From Tubulanus polymorphus (taxonomy: Eukaryota > Animalia > Nemertea), in NCBI RefSeq assembly GCF_964204645.1, contig NC_134031.1, forward strand, positions 12,340,088 to 12,404,087: a DNA stretch of 64,000 nt. The letters run 5' to 3'. Of the stretch, positions 62,347 through 64,000 are shown piece after piece; position 1 is the first letter of the stretch, and every line of letters begins with the position of its first letter. The notes under the pieces were generated by a model. It was not told the origin of the DNA. It worked only from the letters and a program-made list of their open reading frames with translations, and searched no databases. The translations under genes were made by a program, and so were the position numbers.

Positions 62347-63419
62347 ACCGATATTCGGAAACAACTGAATTATTACGGAGATTCCCGATCTCGCTGGTTA
62401 TCGCTTATCGGCGCGTTACGTAACAAAGCGCTCGCCGACGAACCGTTATCGGCTTTAAGGCAATTACAACGCACATTCGACAAGAGCTGCACAATAGCGT
62501 CCGTATTCCATCTCATCACACTTCCCTGATGTAGCTAACCATATAAATTACAATTATAACAAATATACATGTCAGCACTTGTGCTGAAATGTAATTTAGA
62601 ATTCAATACTGTCTTAATTTTTAAAGTTACGCTTGTTTTCTGGGCTTATTTTCTCAAAGATCTGCATGAGCTGAAACTTTCTGCTAGTAATTCCTTTGAG
62701 GTTTATGTTTGATGCTCTATCCAACCATTCTAGTTACAAACTGCACATCAGTGAATACCTCTTAAAAGCAGATAGATGAATAACAGCCACAGCTATAACT
62801 CCGAAGAAGGCAAAAAAGGTCTCTCAACAAAACTGTCTTTGCTATTAGGATTTAAAGGTTAATCGTTATCACTAGCAAAGTATGAATTAGCTTTGACATT
62901 TAAACTAAACTTGTACAAGAAATTGTCACACCAAAACAAATGTTGCACCAAGCTCTCTATGTTCTGGAGTTGAAGTGTGAAGATGGCTGAACGAAACATA
63001 TGTGATTAAATCAAAATCGATCTACTTCTCGATAATTTTGATAACAGACAAGTTGTCGACAAACAGAAGATAGTCCGCTGAGACTTGAATTGTATTAACT
63101 TCAACTTTTTTAAATGTGCAGTCTGAGGGAAATTCAATGAACATACATAAGTAACATCCGATGTATCACTACTGCATGTGCTGGTACCACAAGGTTGTTT
63201 CAGATAGGAAATGCCTTTACTCTCATCTTCCCTTGCCAGGGTTTCGGTATCGATGTCAACAATTTATTGTTGACAATCCTACCCACATTACTACATGTGA
63301 TAATATCAGCACTAATGTCATCTCAGAAAACGAAGCCCTGCAAATTCTATTATCATAAATTGTGTAGGACTTCATGATTCCAATAAATTTTACTTTTAAT
63401 TGCTACTTAAAATCCAAAA

Positions 63420-64000
63420 ATGCCACGAAAGATAAGCAATCTTAGTTCTTCTTCAAGAACAGCAAGACAGAGCAGAATCTGACGTGAATCAGCACCACAC
63501 CCTGTCAAATGGAACACAGTATGCAGACACTGTCTTGCTATGAAATAGCCTCGAGAATATCCATAAATGTGCTGTTCCTTAGGCAAAATAGCTGTTCCTC
63601 GATTACCTGAACCACCAGAAGACTTGAAGACACTTATAACAGGATCCAACCATTATCTTGAAAACATATGTCGATATAACGCCTGCTTTCAGATGACATC
63701 TTTTGTAGGCAAACGGATATTCGAGCCAGGTTATATGCCCACATTTAAAGTTCAAGGCCAAGTGTACCATTTGATTGGTTCTTTATATCCAAGACACAAT
63801 GAGCCTCCAAAATTCTGATAGATATATTTCCTTGGTGACATGCAGCAGCAGGCAATTCATCGGCTGAATTCGACATCTAACCTGAAGCGGGAAACAGTTG
63901 TCACACTGCAAAATGTCTTACATTCTGTGAACAAGTATATTCATAGTTTCAAAACAGACATGGAGAAGTTCAGTGGCCCTGACTCCCAACTTATAATACA
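63420..64000 (+). mobile_element. Helitron RepHel N-terminal pseudogene, running off the window
   Basis: CCSLGKIAVPRLPEPP...RYNACFQMTSF...TFKVQGQVYHLIGSL.P...PKF*.IYF, with in-frame stops. Confidence 0.88.

Larger units (their letters stand above)
60382..62528. mobile_element. Internally deleted DNA transposon with perfect 33-bp TIRs and a 7-bp TSD (P-superfamily-like ends)
   Basis: cagggaagtgtgatgagatggaatacggacgct at 60382-60414 and its exact reverse complement at 62496-62528. ATGTAGC at 60375-60381 and 62529-62535. Confidence 0.9.

Noticed and set aside
60382-62528. Calling this element a ProtoRAG/RAG transposon
   Set aside because: No RAG1 core or RAG2 kelch sequence is present, the TIRs lack the CAC heptamer start, and the TSD is 7 bp rather than 5 bp.

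Overview
AT-rich eukaryotic (most likely marine invertebrate) genomic DNA. The only host gene I recognise is SMG8, an NMD factor. Four short minus-strand exons (31809-31913, 29345-29428, 6064-6131, 1113-1272) splice in frame; its start exons were not found in the window. Almost everything else is nested transposable-element sequence. Retroelements: a truncated Gypsy, a near-intact BEL/Pao with 243/244 identical LTRs, a decayed BEL, a DIRS split in two, a CR1/L2-type LINE, and several Penelope-like elements with type I hammerhead ribozymes. DNA elements: a multi-exon Zator-like (D43E) transposon, hAT and Academ remnants, several Helitron/Helentron-type non-autonomous elements (HINEs), MITEs and a Helitron 5' part. 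The most unusual object is a 2.1-kb element at 60382-62528 with perfect 33-bp TIRs and a 7-bp TSD. It holds the 5' stubs of two convergent genes, one starting with a Chapaev/RAG1-N-terminal-like Zn-binding motif. All family assignments come from motif recognition by eye; no database searches were run.
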